DNA of 32,000 bases, taken from assembly GCF_000195855.1 (NCBI RefSeq), contig NC_002677.1:210001-242000 (forward strand), written 5' to 3'. Positions 10,611 through 21,670 of this stretch are shown piece after piece (position 1 is the first letter of the stretch; each line of letters opens with the position of its first letter). This DNA comes from Mycobacterium leprae TN (GTDB lineage Bacteria; Actinomycetota; Actinomycetes; Mycobacteriales; Mycobacteriaceae). Made by a program: the position numbers and the translations under genes. The notes under the pieces are model-generated. The model made no database searches, had not been told where the DNA came from, and was given only the letters and a program-made list of their open reading frames with translations.

Positions 10611-11452
10611 CGAATAGTCCCTTGATGTAACCGGGGACCTCATCCTCGGAGCGATCCGGTAGGCCGAACATTACCTCGGTCACCCCGAGCTCGGCCTACC
10701 GCGCTATCATCTTGGGCATCGGCTTGATGTCCAAGGGGCTACAATCTAGTAGAGAGCCGAGCGCAGCAAGCGGCCGCCCAGGTGTCTTCCAGTGGCTGCA
10801 CCGGCTCGTCGATGTCGTAGTCACGCGGAGTCATGATCCAGCTGTCAGTGTCGCAGGAGATCCACGTGAAATTCTTCTCGGTGTTCGCTCCGCCCACTAA
10901 CACAGGAATTTAGAGGCTGCACCGGCTTGATACAGACCCAGCTAGACCCGAACCTGACGAACTCGCCGTCATATAACGGCTTCATTCTTGTGTCCATAAT
11001 GCCTGCATTGCTTCGAGGCATTCGTACACCATGGTGCGGCGCCGCCCGGATGGCACATCGTGATCGGTGAGCTCGTTGGTCTTCCAACCGAACCCGACGC
11101 CGAAGTTCACTCACTCGCCGGACAAATTATCCAGGTTGACAATACTTTTCGCAAGTGTGATTGGGTCATGTTAGACGGGCAGCGCCACCACCATGAACAG
11201 TCGTAGCCTGCCGATATAACCGCGCATGTCGCGCCCAAACTTACCCATGAGTCATAGGTACGCATCGCATATAGCTGTCGTCACTGGACAGTGATACTCA
11301 TCCGTAACCAGGTAGTGGGGTCTGAGTGGCAATGGCATATGGGTGTGTTCGGGCACATAGAACTTGCGGAAGCCGTGGCTCTCCGCAAGCTTGACTGCTG
11401 CCGCGGGGGTGATGCCGCGGTCGTTGGTTAAAAGCGCAATCCCGTAGCCCAT
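10588..11452 (-). pseudogene. Luciferase-like (LLM, F420-dependent type) oxidoreductase, Rv0953c-like, disrupted
   Basis: The N-terminal 66 aa are open (MGYGIALLTNDRGITPAAAVKLAESHGFRKFYVPEHTHMP). Stops and frameshifts follow. Later frames still read YDGEFVRFGSSWV.IKPVQP and AELGVTEVMFGLPDRSEDEVPGYIKGLFEKLTAAV then stop. Confidence 0.75.
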
Positions 11453-11707
11453 ACCAAGAATTTAGAGCGTGTTCCACCTGCGACGGCCAAGCGGTCGTGC
11501 CGACGATTTCGGCGTCCATCGGTGGTAGGCGAGCTGACACGCAGGTCGTGCCGGCGCGGTCGCCCTAACGTGCGCTAGCGTTGATGATCGAATGCGCCGC
11601 AACGTAAGCGCTGCCAATTTGGGCGTTTATCCAACGGTGCGCATGGGAGCACAGCGTTGCACTGCAGCAGTGGCGCCGTGACGGCACTGGAAATAACAGG
11701 AGGAGTC

Positions 11708-12601
11708 ATGACCTACTTGCCCGGTAGTCCCGGATATCCACTCGTGCAGCCCGCCGGATCCTACCCCGGCGCGACACCTTCTTTTGTCAAAAGCGATGTC
11801 GGTGAGAGCCAGCTTTACCACTATTTGACGATCGCGGTGGTGGTACTCGGTTTGGCAGTGTATCTCGGAAATTTTGGCCCGACGTTTACATCGAGCTCCG
11901 ACATTGGTCCAGGCTCCGGTGGATTTGCCGGTGATGCCGGCACTGCGGTCGTCGTTGCGCTGCTGGCCGCCCTGCTTGCCGGGTTGGATCTGCTACCCAA
12001 GGCGAAGAGCAGCGCCGGGGTAGTCGGGGCGATCGCGGTTCTGGGTGCGTTGTTGGCAATCTCGGAGATGATCAATATGCCCGCCGGCTTCTCGATCGGT
12101 TGGGCTATGTGGTTCATTCTGGTTTGCAGCGTGCTCCAAGCGATTGCCGCCGTCGCCGCGCTTCTACTGGAAGCTGGCATTATCACTGCGCCGGCACCGC
12201 GGCTGAGTTACGATCCTTACCTGCAGTACGGACAGTACGGGGCTCAATCGTATTACGGGCAGCCGAATAGACAGCTTCAGGTCGGACTGAACGCGCACAG
12301 CCCGCAGCAGTCACCCGCCGGGTACGGGGCGCAGTACGGCGCTTATACTTCAAGCCCGACTCAGATCCAGGCAGGGATGCCGGCTACTGGCGGATTCAGT
12401 GCGCAGCACTCGGCGCAACAAGGACCATCCACCCCACCCACCGGCTTCCCAAGCTTTAGCCCGCCACCATCGGTCGGCGCGGCCGCCGGGTCGCAGGCTG
12501 GTTCGGCTCCGGTTAGTTACTCCAATCCCACCGACAGTAAGCAGGGCTTCGGCCAGGGTCGTGAGTCGACGTCGTCATCATCGGGGTCAGCGCCGGTTTA
12601 A
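11708..12601 (+). CDS. Membrane protein with Gln/Gly/Tyr/Ser/Pro-rich C-terminal tail (Rv0954-like)
   Basis: The ORF is open from 11657, but the ATG at 11708 follows aggag (11701-11705). Four hydrophobic segments precede a low-complexity tail ([13 protein letters not shown]...[15 protein letters not shown]). Confidence 0.8.
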   Translation: MTYLPGSPGYPLVQPAGSYPGATPSFVKSDVGESQLYHYLTIAVVVLGLAVYLGNFGPTFTSSSDIGPGSGGFAGDAGTAVVVALLAALLAGLDLLPKAKSSAGVVGAIAVLGALLAISEMINMPAGFSIGWAMWFILVCSVLQAIAAVAALLLEAGIITAPAPRLSYDPYLQYGQYGAQSYYGQPNRQLQVGLNAHSPQQSPAGYGAQYGAYTSSPTQIQAGMPATGGFSAQHSAQQGPSTPPTGFPSFSPPPSVGAAAGSQAGSAPVSYSNPTDSKQGFGQGRESTSSSSGSAPV

Positions 12602-12613
12602 ACGGACGCTTTC

Positions 12614-13942
12614 GTGCCTAGCTGGGCAAATGCGCCAGGAACCACACGGGTGGGGGACAATCGGGCCGCGGGTGTTCGCCAGGCGCGTGACCTGGTAAAG
12701 GTCGCATTCGGTCCGGCGGTGGTGGCACTGGCCATAATCGCTGCGATCACCCTGCTCCAGCTGCTGATCGCCAACAGCGATATGACCGGCGCGTTGGGAG
12801 CCATCGCCAGTATGTGGCTCGGCGTACATCAGGTGCCGATCGCGATCGGCGGCCGCGAACTGAGCATAATGCCGCTGTTACCGGTCTTGTTGATGGTGTG
12901 GGCTACCGCACATAGCACTTCGCAGGCCACTTCTGCGTACTCGTCGTGGCTCGTTATCCGCTGGGTCGTCGCGTCCGCTTTGGGTGGCCCCTTGCTGATA
13001 GCAGCGATCTCGCTCGCGGTTATTCACGACGCATCGTCGGTGCTGACCGAACTACAGACGCCCAAGGCCTTACGTGCGTTCACTGGTGTGCTGGTGGTGC
13101 ATGCCATCGGTGCGGCGATCGGGGTGAATTCCCGGGTGGGTCGACGGGTGCTGACGGCATCGCGGTTGCCGGATTGGGTGGGTGATTCGGTGCACGCCGC
13201 GACAGCCGGAGTGCTGGCGTTGCTTGGGCTTTCCGGCCTGGTAACGGCGGGGTCGCTGGTTGTGCACTGGGCGACAATGCAAGAATTTTACGGCATCACC
13301 GATTCGATATTTGGCCAATTCAGCTTGACAGTACTGTCGGTGCTGTATGCGCCCAACGTGATCGTGGGCACTTCGGCTGTCGCGGTCGGTTCCAGTGCCC
13401 ATCTTGGTTTTGCGACGTTTAGTTCGTTCACTGTTTTTGGCGGCGATATCCCGGCATTGCCAGTATTAGCTGCGGCTCCCACACCGCCGCTCGCGCCAGT
13501 TTGGGTTGCCCTGCTGATCGTTGGCGCGGCATCTGGAGTTGCGGTCGGGCAACAATGCACTAGACATCCGCTGCCTCTTCTTGCCGCGCTGGCTAAGCTG
13601 CTGGTTGCGGCGGCGACCGGGGCACTGATGATGGCATTGCTTGGGTATGCCGGGAGCGGCCGGCTGGGCAATTTCGGCGATATCGACGTGGATCAGGGTG
13701 CCCTGGTGGTCGGGGTTTTTTTCTGGTTCGCGGTCGTCGGTTGGGTCACGGTGGTGGTGGCCTGCGGGATCAAGCGTTTTCCCAGACACCTCAAACCACC
13801 ACCGGCCCTGTCTTCCGAAGAGCACGCCGACGCATCGTCGAAAGACCACGAAGCGTACTTCGGCGTTGATCTCAACGTTCCTTTCGATCTCTCCGGAGAG
13901 GACGAAATACCCAAGGCTGAGCCCGGCGAGGCAGCGGATTAG
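12614..13942 (+). CDS. perM: Polytopic integral membrane protein (Rv0955/PerM-like)
   Basis: Intact 442-aa ORF with a GTG start, about 10 hydrophobic segments and an acidic C-terminal tail. It sits between the Rv0954-like gene and purN, as in M. tuberculosis. Confidence 0.8.
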   Translation: MPSWANAPGTTRVGDNRAAGVRQARDLVKVAFGPAVVALAIIAAITLLQLLIANSDMTGALGAIASMWLGVHQVPIAIGGRELSIMPLLPVLLMVWATAHSTSQATSAYSSWLVIRWVVASALGGPLLIAAISLAVIHDASSVLTELQTPKALRAFTGVLVVHAIGAAIGVNSRVGRRVLTASRLPDWVGDSVHAATAGVLALLGLSGLVTAGSLVVHWATMQEFYGITDSIFGQFSLTVLSVLYAPNVIVGTSAVAVGSSAHLGFATFSSFTVFGGDIPALPVLAAAPTPPLAPVWVALLIVGAASGVAVGQQCTRHPLPLLAALAKLLVAAATGALMMALLGYAGSGRLGNFGDIDVDQGALVVGVFFWFAVVGWVTVVVACGIKRFPRHLKPPPALSSEEHADASSKDHEAYFGVDLNVPFDLSGEDEIPKAEPGEAAD

Positions 13943-13971
13943 CGCATCGTCGCCAAGACTACGCTCGCAGT

Positions 13972-14619
13972 GTGCAGGAACCGCTCTGTGTGTCCCCCAG
14001 TGCACCATCGCGGGTGGTGGTGTTGGCCTCGGGCACTGGTTCGTTACTGGGTTCACTGATCGACGCCTCTGTTGGCAATTACCCGGCCCGGGTGGTGGCC
14101 GTCGGTGTCGACCGTGACTGCGGGGCGACAAAGATCGCCAAGGCAGCATCAGTGCCGACCTTTACCGTCCGACTCGCTGACCCCCCCGGACGGGATGCCT
14201 GGGACGCCAAGATCACCGAAGCCGTCGCATCGTACAAGCCCGATCTGGTCGTCTTGGCAGGATTTATGAGAATCCTTGGGCCGCAGTTTCTTGCACGATT
14301 CTTTGGTCGCATCGTCAATACCCATCCGGCGCTACTCCCGGCATTTCCGGGTACGCATGGCGTAGCTGACGCGTTGGCCTACGGTGTGAAGGTCACAGGC
14401 GCTACGGTGCACCTAGTGGATGCCGGCACTGACACTGGGCCGATATTAGCGCAGCAATCCGTTCCGGTGCTCGACGGTGACGACACCGCGGCTTTGCATG
14501 AACGCATCAAGGTCATCGAACGACGGCTGTTGGTTGACGTGGTGGCCGTGATCGCGACAGGTGGCGTGACCTTGGTCGGCAGAAAAGCGACGATCGGACG
14601 AAAGGCAACCATAGAATGA
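13972..14619 (+). CDS. purN: Phosphoribosylglycinamide formyltransferase
   Basis: Intact 215-aa ORF with [29 protein letters not shown] and [14 protein letters not shown]. Its stop overlaps the purH start (ATGA). Confidence 0.95.
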   Translation: MQEPLCVSPSAPSRVVVLASGTGSLLGSLIDASVGNYPARVVAVGVDRDCGATKIAKAASVPTFTVRLADPPGRDAWDAKITEAVASYKPDLVVLAGFMRILGPQFLARFFGRIVNTHPALLPAFPGTHGVADALAYGVKVTGATVHLVDAGTDTGPILAQQSVPVLDGDDTAALHERIKVIERRLLVDVVAVIATGGVTLVGRKATIGRKATIE

Positions 14620-16199
14620 GCAGTGACGGCGAGCGAGACATGGCAAGAAAACCGATTCGCCGCGCGTTGATCAGTGTATACGACAAGACCGGTCTGATTG
14701 ACCTTGCCCAGGGTCTGAATGCGGCGGGTGTCGATATCGTCTCGACCGGATCGACCGCGAAAGCCATTGCCGATCAAGGGATTGCGGTGACACCTGTGGA
14801 GGAACTGACCGGGTTCCCCGAGGTACTTGACGGCCGAGTCAAGACATTGCACCCTCGGGTTCATGCCGGACTGTTGGCCGACTTGCGTAAACCTGAACAC
14901 GCCGCGGCGCTTGAACAACTCGGAATTGAGGCATTCGAACTAGTTGTCGTCAACTTGTATCCGTTCAGCCAGACGGTCAAGTCCGGTGCGACTGTCGACG
15001 AATGTGTCGAACAGATCGATATTGGCGGATCTTCGATGGTGCGAGCGGCCGCAAAGAACCATCCCAGTGTGGCGGTGGTCACCGACCCGCTTGGGTACGT
15101 TGGCGTGCTTGCCGCGGTGCAGGGCGGTGGGTTCACCCTTGCCGAGCGTAAAATGCTGGCTTCGATGGCATTTCAGCACATAGCGGAATACGAAATCGCC
15201 GTCGCTAGTTGGATGCAGTCGACGCTGGCGCCCGAACAGCCACCAACGGCGTTTCCGCAGTGGTTTGGCCGGAGCTGGCGTCGCTCAGCAATTCTGCGCT
15301 ACGGGGAGAACCCGCACCAGCAGGCGGCCTTGTACAGCGACCCCAGTGCCTGTCCTGGCTTGGCCCAGGCCGAGCAGCTGCATGGGAAAAACATGTCCTA
15401 CAACAACTTCACTGACGCAGACGCAGCCTGGCGTGCTGCCTTCGACCACGAGCAGTCGTGCGTGGCAATCATCAAACATGCCAACCCGTGCGGGATTGCA
15501 ATATCGTCGCTTTCGGTCGCCGACGCACATCGCAAGGCTCACGAATGCGACCCGTTGAGTGCCTACGGCGGAGTTATTGCCGCCAATACTGAGGTCAGCC
15601 TTGAGATGGCAGAGTACGTGAGCACCATCTTCACCGAGGTTATCGTTGCACCCTCCTACGCACCAGGCGCCGTCGACGTGCTGTCCTGCAAAAAAAACGT
15701 CCGAGTCTTGGTGGCCTCCGCACCGCTACGCGGTGGTAGCGAGCTACGGCCGGTCAGCGGGGGACTGTTGATCCAGCAACCCGATCAGCTTGACACGGCC
15801 GGTGACAACCCAGCGAACTGGACCTTGGCAACCGGATCACCGGCCGGCCCGGCGACGTTGACGGACTTGGTTTTTGCGTGGCGTGCCTGCCGCGCGGTGA
15901 AGTCGAACGCGATTGTGATCGCCGCCGACGGCGCCACCATAGGTGTTGGCATGGGTCAGGTTAACCGAGTCGACGCCGCTCGACTTGCCGTTGAGCGTGG
16001 CGGCGACCGGGTCCGTGGCGCAGTGGTAGCTTCCGATGCGTTCTTTCCCTTTGCTGACGGACTTCAGACGCTGGCCGCGGCCGGAGTCACGGCGATAGTG
16101 CACCCCGGGGGCTCCGTGCGTGACGCGGAGGTTACCGCAGCCGCGACCAAAGCCGGGGTCACTTTGTATCTCACCGGAGTTCGCCACTTCGTGCACTAG
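14616..16199 (+). CDS. purH: Bifunctional AICAR formyltransferase / IMP cyclohydrolase
   Basis: Intact 527-aa ORF with [38 protein letters not shown] and GQVNRVDA. Confidence 0.97.
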   Translation: MSSDGERDMARKPIRRALISVYDKTGLIDLAQGLNAAGVDIVSTGSTAKAIADQGIAVTPVEELTGFPEVLDGRVKTLHPRVHAGLLADLRKPEHAAALEQLGIEAFELVVVNLYPFSQTVKSGATVDECVEQIDIGGSSMVRAAAKNHPSVAVVTDPLGYVGVLAAVQGGGFTLAERKMLASMAFQHIAEYEIAVASWMQSTLAPEQPPTAFPQWFGRSWRRSAILRYGENPHQQAALYSDPSACPGLAQAEQLHGKNMSYNNFTDADAAWRAAFDHEQSCVAIIKHANPCGIAISSLSVADAHRKAHECDPLSAYGGVIAANTEVSLEMAEYVSTIFTEVIVAPSYAPGAVDVLSCKKNVRVLVASAPLRGGSELRPVSGGLLIQQPDQLDTAGDNPANWTLATGSPAGPATLTDLVFAWRACRAVKSNAIVIAADGATIGVGMGQVNRVDAARLAVERGGDRVRGAVVASDAFFPFADGLQTLAAAGVTAIVHPGGSVRDAEVTAAATKAGVTLYLTGVRHFVH

Positions 16200-16289
16200 A
16201 CTTCATGCGTTAAATTTGAGTCAAGCCCGGGGCTGGCGCAGCACCCGTATCGGGGTGGGGGGTACGCAATAGCGCTTGACTCGGCCATG

Positions 16290-17000
16290 TGCTGTGACAT
16301 ATGCACGAAACACTCACACGGTTATATATTTCCGGATGCCACTAAAATCTGCTGCTTATGTACCACTTGATGGAACGGGCGCCGGTCGTGAGCGACAACA
16401 TGTGCCGCTGGCTGTAGCTGTCGGACACGTGACGACTTCCCAATGTGACGGTGATACCGGAGCCGATCAACATAAAACTGCCTATAGGACATCGGTGCAG
16501 TACGCGGTAGTGCTCAATACTAAACTCCTGGTTCAGGGTTCTTCGATGCAGTCACGATCTTGTTCCGGCTGCCCGGCCACACATCGGGCGTAACACAAGC
16601 GGACTTCATACATAGTAACCTAAAAGCACTGCTAGTGCTGTAATGTGTTGGCAACCGCTACGCTTTCCAATCCTGCGGTAGTTCGTCGTTCGGCACAAAC
16701 CCGATGTAAAGCAGCAGGACATTATGAAAAATGACCGGATGCTAGTCAGCACTTTTTGCGGCGACTAGGGACAGTTTAGCTGAATCTCGGCGATGCCGAA
16801 CAACTGTAATCAGGTGCTGGCAATGCGGAATTTCTGGGGTCCATTGTGTTATTTGCCACCACGCGGTAGATCCACTACCCTGACCACAGGCCCTCTACTG
16901 GTACATCCATTCCTCCGTTTACATCGCTTCCTGTGTCCAAATCCTGGTCGTAGCCACCCCAGGTTCTGGGGTCCGTTCCATGGCACCGAGCGTTTGTAAA
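16290..17000 (+). pseudogene. Possible AAA+ (MoxR/CbbQ-like, Rv0958-like) ATPase remnant
   Basis: Weak evidence. A degenerate Walker-A-like stretch (VPLDGTGAGRERQHVPLAVAVG) and later LNLGDAEQL...IVLFATTR.IHYPD resemble the DEINRA...ATQNP...YP spacing. Many stops. The position before the vWA remnant fits the usual ATPase-vWA pairing. Confidence 0.25.
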
Positions 17001-17009
17001 CATCTGATT

Positions 17010-17712
17010 ATAGTGGAACATGCTTCTGATCGGAGTGATTGCCACTCTGGTCATGATGCATTCGCAGGAATAGATCATGCAAAAGCCGGAGCAGGGCGGT
17101 CCCGGTATCGGCCATGACGTTGGGCACGGCGGTATGCGGGTTGCCTAATGATGGTGCCCGACTGCTCGATCCATTTCCGATCTGGTCAGCGAGGTTGTTG
17201 CAGCGATGACGAAAATCGAGCATGGTCCAATCGGAATGCTGGTCGCAATTTATGCGCACTATCAACTTAGTTGGCCTAACAACCACGTTCGTCGTGTTAA
17301 TGCACTGACCATACTTTGGGGCTTTAGCGCGAACGAGTGCGCCGGGATCGGAGGTGTTGGCTACCGCACGTGCGCCGCATGCTTATTAGTGTACCGTCTC
17401 TACATACTTCCGACTTTGGTATCGCTGTTTCAGCGAGTCTAGTCTTTGCTGGCAACATCGGTGCCGAAAACTGGTACGAATACATACACTGTGATCGGTG
17501 ACGCGGTCAACGAGGCTGCACGGCTAGCCGACTTTGCCAAGGCGGCGGACCGGAGAATTCCGTGTTTGTCGCCGGTCGTCGACCGCTCCGAGCTTGCTGG
17601 GCATGAACACTGGGTCGGACTATTCCACCGTATTGCGCGGTCGCGCATAAACTACGCACGTCTGGGCGGCGACAAGCACCAACAGGCCCGGTGCGGAGGG
17701 TACACTGTATAG
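17010..17712 (+). pseudogene. Class III adenylate/guanylate cyclase catalytic-domain remnant
   Basis: ORF 17446-17712 reads GTNTYTVIGDAVNEAARLADFAKAA, the YTVIGD.VN.AARL signature. Upstream, broken frames read AGIGGVGY... and SLLATSVPK (compare AGNIGAE). Confidence 0.65.
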
Positions 17713-17929
17713 CATATATGTTACTGACGGTGCTCCAATAGCGCTAGCCAACTACCGCGCGGCGGGACTCGGCGGGGTCGACGACGATCCAGGCACGTAG
17801 TGCACCCCGCTCATCGGGGCGGTCGGGGTGGCCGCTGGGGTGTTGTCCGGCAAGGTGGGCGCTAATGGGCAGCTCGGTGTGGCTCTGTGGTGGGCACGGT
17901 TGATCGCAGTCCGGCTGGGGTTTCTTGTT

Positions 17930-19745
17930 GCCGCAGTGGCTTGGATATGGTGTCAGTGGGTAGCCAGCCGTAGCTGAAGGCCGAAATTCCTTCGGTGCCG
18001 AAATAACAACACACAACACTGTCGTCCTTTCTGTCAGGAAGCCTTATTTGAGGAGGTCCTCGTGCAAAAACTATCTAAATGCACTGTCAATTGCGTTTAG
18101 GATTTCTATGGGTGACCGTGTTTTAGTTATCTACGGTGGCCACCGCCTCTATTAACATAGCGCTTTTCTTGATTTAAAGTCGTGGACAGAATTCTGTTAC
18201 TGTGTTGGAGACTGCAGAACGCTTGGGAAAAATCTCGTATCATCCATTTTAGTAGCTTTACTCATGAACTGGTCATGTGCTATGCGAACTTCGCCTGTAG
18301 CCGAGTTATGATGATAGGGGTTTCGTATCGCCTGCCAACGTTATGCGAAAGCTTGCTGGACCGCACCGGACACAGCGGTAATGACCGAGAAAAATACTAA
18401 CAAATAAAGAATCTTCTAGCCCGCTAGATTATCGGCCAACACTTAGTCGGCATGAAGCAGGCCATGAAGCAGGAATTGCAGGGCGCCACGGATTAATACC
18501 GTAAGCGCTTCAACGAGATGTTTGACAATCTCAACAACCTGCTGGACAAACATGCCCGCGGTGAAAACACCCAGAAAAAATTTTCAAGAGTTAATGAACA
18601 AGCACGCGAGTTCTTTCCGGAGCACACGCGCAATGGTCTAGAGTTGTTTTACTCGCGGTAAAGCGGGTCGCAGTCGTGTAGCGATTCCGCAATAACCTGA
18701 GCGAAGAGTAACGTGACGAATTAGATACTTTGGTGCAGAACGCACTTGGATCACCACGGCTAATACAGGAGCTCAACCGACTGGACGCGCATCTGCGGGA
18801 CGCCTGTCCTGGCGAAGACTGGACCCGGGTAGCAGGAGTTGTCTGGTAACAATCCGTTCGGCATGGGTGAAGGCACCCAGGTGCTAGCCGATATAGCCGA
18901 GTTGGATACAGCTGTTGCTGAGCTATCCGGGCGCCGTCATGGACAAAGTGGATCGAGACGTGCTGCACGTCAGCTCGGCGACCGAGGATGCGATCGATAC
19001 TCAAGTAATTGGAATGCGCACTGGTCAATCCGGGGTTCCTGGATCGCGGCTTCGACGGCCAGTGGAGGCTTTCCCCCCCCAAGACTATACACTAGCTAGG
19101 TGAGACGATGTTAAATGATATTATGCCACAACTCTCCGTTCGTCGCGGCTAACGTGACCACCGGCACACCAGGGCTGCCTGCTAGATCACCAGCATGACT
19201 AGCCCGTGACAGTTTGGTGACATCGATTCGTGGCACATCCCCACACGTTGACCAATGCGGTGCTGCGAGCGGCGAGAACAGCTACCGCCGGGTAAACGAT
19301 TCGGATAGCAGTCGCCGACGTGGAAGTGTCCGAGACCTACTACGCGTGCGCCGGATACAGTTGCTTTTGGGTGGATACTTCGTTTTCCATGTTTATGGAG
19401 AATAGCTGGCTGAAGATGAAGCGAACGGAGCTTGCTCTCAACCACCTGGTGTGCACACAGTTACGATTGGATGTCTTACAAATAATCGCATTTGGGCATT
19501 AGCCAAGTACGGTGACAGCTACCGAACTGGCCGGGTTAAAAGGTTTCTATGCGCAAAGCATAAACCAAACCCTTGCATCACGCTCTCGCGCTGGCGATCT
19601 GCCACGTGGCTTGCACCCCCACGCGGGGGGGGGGGGGGGGGGGGGGCAGCCGGGCTGTTCGGCGTAGGTTTGCCCACAGCAAATCGCATACATAAGTTAC
19701 ATTTCACAGTGAAGGCGCACCAGGCGGCGGTCGCGCTTCATGGTT
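17930..19745 (+). pseudogene. vWA-domain protein (Rv0959-like), 5' about 90%, heavily frameshifted
   Basis: Frames read REKY.QIKNLL, GMKQAMKQELQGATD, FNEMFDNLNNLLDKHARGENTQ, LSGNNPFGMGEGTQVLADIAELD, HTLTNAVLR, the MIDAS motif VDTSFSMFMENSWLKMKRTELALNHLVC, LQIIAFG and TVTATELAGLKGFY. Homology ends at the palindrome near 19745. The 5' boundary is uncertain. Confidence 0.7.
19625..19646. repeat. Homopolymeric G tract, 22 nt
   Basis: Counted directly: G at every position from 19625 to 19646, flanked by c19624 and c19647. It lies inside the vWA pseudogene. Confidence 0.95.
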
Positions 19746-19775
19746 CATGTGCGGCATCGTAGTGCCGCACATGAA
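19744..19775. repeat. Perfect palindrome, 13-bp arms with a 6-nt spacer
   Basis: ttcatgtgcggca (19744-19756), tcgtag, tgccgcacatgaa (19763-19775). The arms are exact reverse complements. Confidence 0.92.
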
Positions 19776-20500
19776 TGCATCTGGCGATACACGTCTGATC
19801 GACCCATTCGTGCGGCCGACGTGAGCCGGCGAACTAATCTGCAGGCTAGCCATTACCTAGCCCAGCTGCAGTTCGGACGTCGAACACCGACGCAGCACCG
19901 CGGTCCTAATCGGCGATTACTACTTTCAGTCAACGGCGCCAAAACTGACATCACCGCTAGGGTACGGGCCTACTACGTCGTCACTACAGTGCGCACTAGA
20001 AGATCCTGCCGGCGAGTGGGTTTGCTACTTGTATGTAGAGAAGGGAACGCCCTGCATTGAGGTCAGCAGCAAGATGGACTTACGGTACTCAGATACCGCC
20101 AAGCTGTGCTACGTCAACACGTGGGTGCCGCGCGGATAATCTGACTAGGTGCCGAGAACACCGGCGTTGAGCAGATCGCACAGGAATTCGTCTTCGAATT
20201 TATCCCCCTTGTGCCAAGTAAGCATACTCGAGTTAGCGGCCATCCCTGGACATTAGACCGTACAGTGGTGCAGCTACCGGGAGACGTTAGACCTACCGTT
20301 GGTGTCCCGAACAAACGGTGAAGAACACTCTCGCCGAGATAGCCGGCCGCATCGACATGGCAAATGGATATTTCACATAATCTCGTGGAGAGTTAGCTGG
20401 CGGATGAGACGACCCTGATCCTGCAGGTGTGTTGCGCGCAGAATACGGATTGTAGAGGCAGGGTACAGGGTTGCCAACCAAGCCTTGCAGTTGTTAAGCT
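19776..20500 (+). pseudogene. Acyl-CoA dehydrogenase remnant (fadE13-like), N-terminal third missing
   Basis: Broken frames read LIDPFVRPT.AGELICRLAIT.PSCSSDV, NGAKTDITARVRAYYVVTTVRT, VEKGTPCIEVSSKMD, SDTAKL.YVN, ENTGVEQIAQEFV and EAGYRVANQALQL, collinear with ACAD family order. Confidence 0.7.
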
Positions 20501-20539
20501 AATCTATGTTGTGCCCGAATTTGAATTTGGGCGCCAGAA

Positions 20540-21670
20540 GGAAGCATCCTCGGTGGGTAGGTGTTCCGTGGCCTGACCTGCCTTTAGACGTCAGGAGTCA
20601 CCACAATCGCTCTGGTGTTCGGCAACTCAACCTCCTCCGGTGCCTTACGTGCCGGAGATGTTCGATCACGTGGCGATGTTCAAAGGACTTTCTTTGGCCC
20701 TGAACGCCGTTGGTGAAGACGATAATCGACGAGGAGCTCGATAATCAGTCTCTTGGTGTAGTCGAAATGCATACCCAACTATCGGATTTGGCCGACTAAT
20801 TAACTGTAGACGAACTCTATACCATAGGCATAGGTCGCCACGGTCTAGCAGGCCAACCAGGGGCTTTCCCCTCGGCTGGTGACCAAACGGCTGTTCGATA
20901 CAGAAAAATCGATCGCAATCATGCCCACAGATCTGTGTATCCCACCCTACCCTCGTCAGGGTGATAGCCTATCATCGTTGATGGCTCCGACTTCGACGAA
21001 TTCAAAACGCTGTACGGTTCGTCGCCGATGACCAGCTGGGTCAAGTTGCACAGATACACACTGGACATCCTGGCCAACGCGCGGTGCGTGTTGTTCAGCG
21101 AGGAGTCTGAGAAAAGCCATCCAGTTCATTGCGCTGGCTAACCGCTTCGACAAGCTATTGTTGTTCCTGAACAACAATAGCGGACACATGGTGAGCAAAG
21201 ACGATGAAGAGAGCGGCATGATCAAGCACGGCTCGATGATGATCAACGCCGTGTCCAACTCTATTGTTCCGCATATCTCGTTGCTGATCGGTACGGCGTA
21301 CTGAGCCGAACACTACGGCGTGTATGGACGCGCCATATAACTCTCGGTTATTTTTCTCACCTGAACCGACGCCAACTCGGCGATGAAGGGTGGCGCCCAA
21401 CTGTCCAGCTTGCTGTGGATCCTCGCCCGTACGGCCGCATAAGTCCTCGGTCAAGACGTGGATAATGCTGCTAGCTTTGCTATGAGGGTTGCAGTTTAAG
21501 GTCAAATCGAAGCCGAGTCGATGCCGTTGGTGTTGTCTAGGATGCTCTGCGATCACAGGGTGATCGACCCCCACGCGGCAGCCGAACAGTACTAGGAATG
21601 TGTTTGTCCGCTATAGACAATGACACGAACAAAAGGACATAGAATTTCGGCGCTTTCCGTATGTTATGCG
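20540..21670 (+). pseudogene. Acyl-CoA carboxylase carboxyltransferase beta subunit remnant (accD2-like), N-terminal third missing
   Basis: Frames read PQIALVFGNSTSSGAYVPEMFD, FLWP.TPLVKT, IVDGSDFDEFKTLYGSSPMTSWVKLHRYTLDILANARCVLFSEESEK, GMIKHGSMMINAVSNSIVPHISLLIG, MKGGAQL and NFGAFRM. Many stops. Confidence 0.78.

Noticed and set aside
13466-14149. 227-aa minus-strand ORF spanning the perM/purN junction
   Set aside because: Antisense to two well-supported genes, with an Arg/Pro-rich product.
14379-14918. 179-aa minus-strand ORF
   Set aside because: Antisense to the purN/purH junction, with no recognisable domain.
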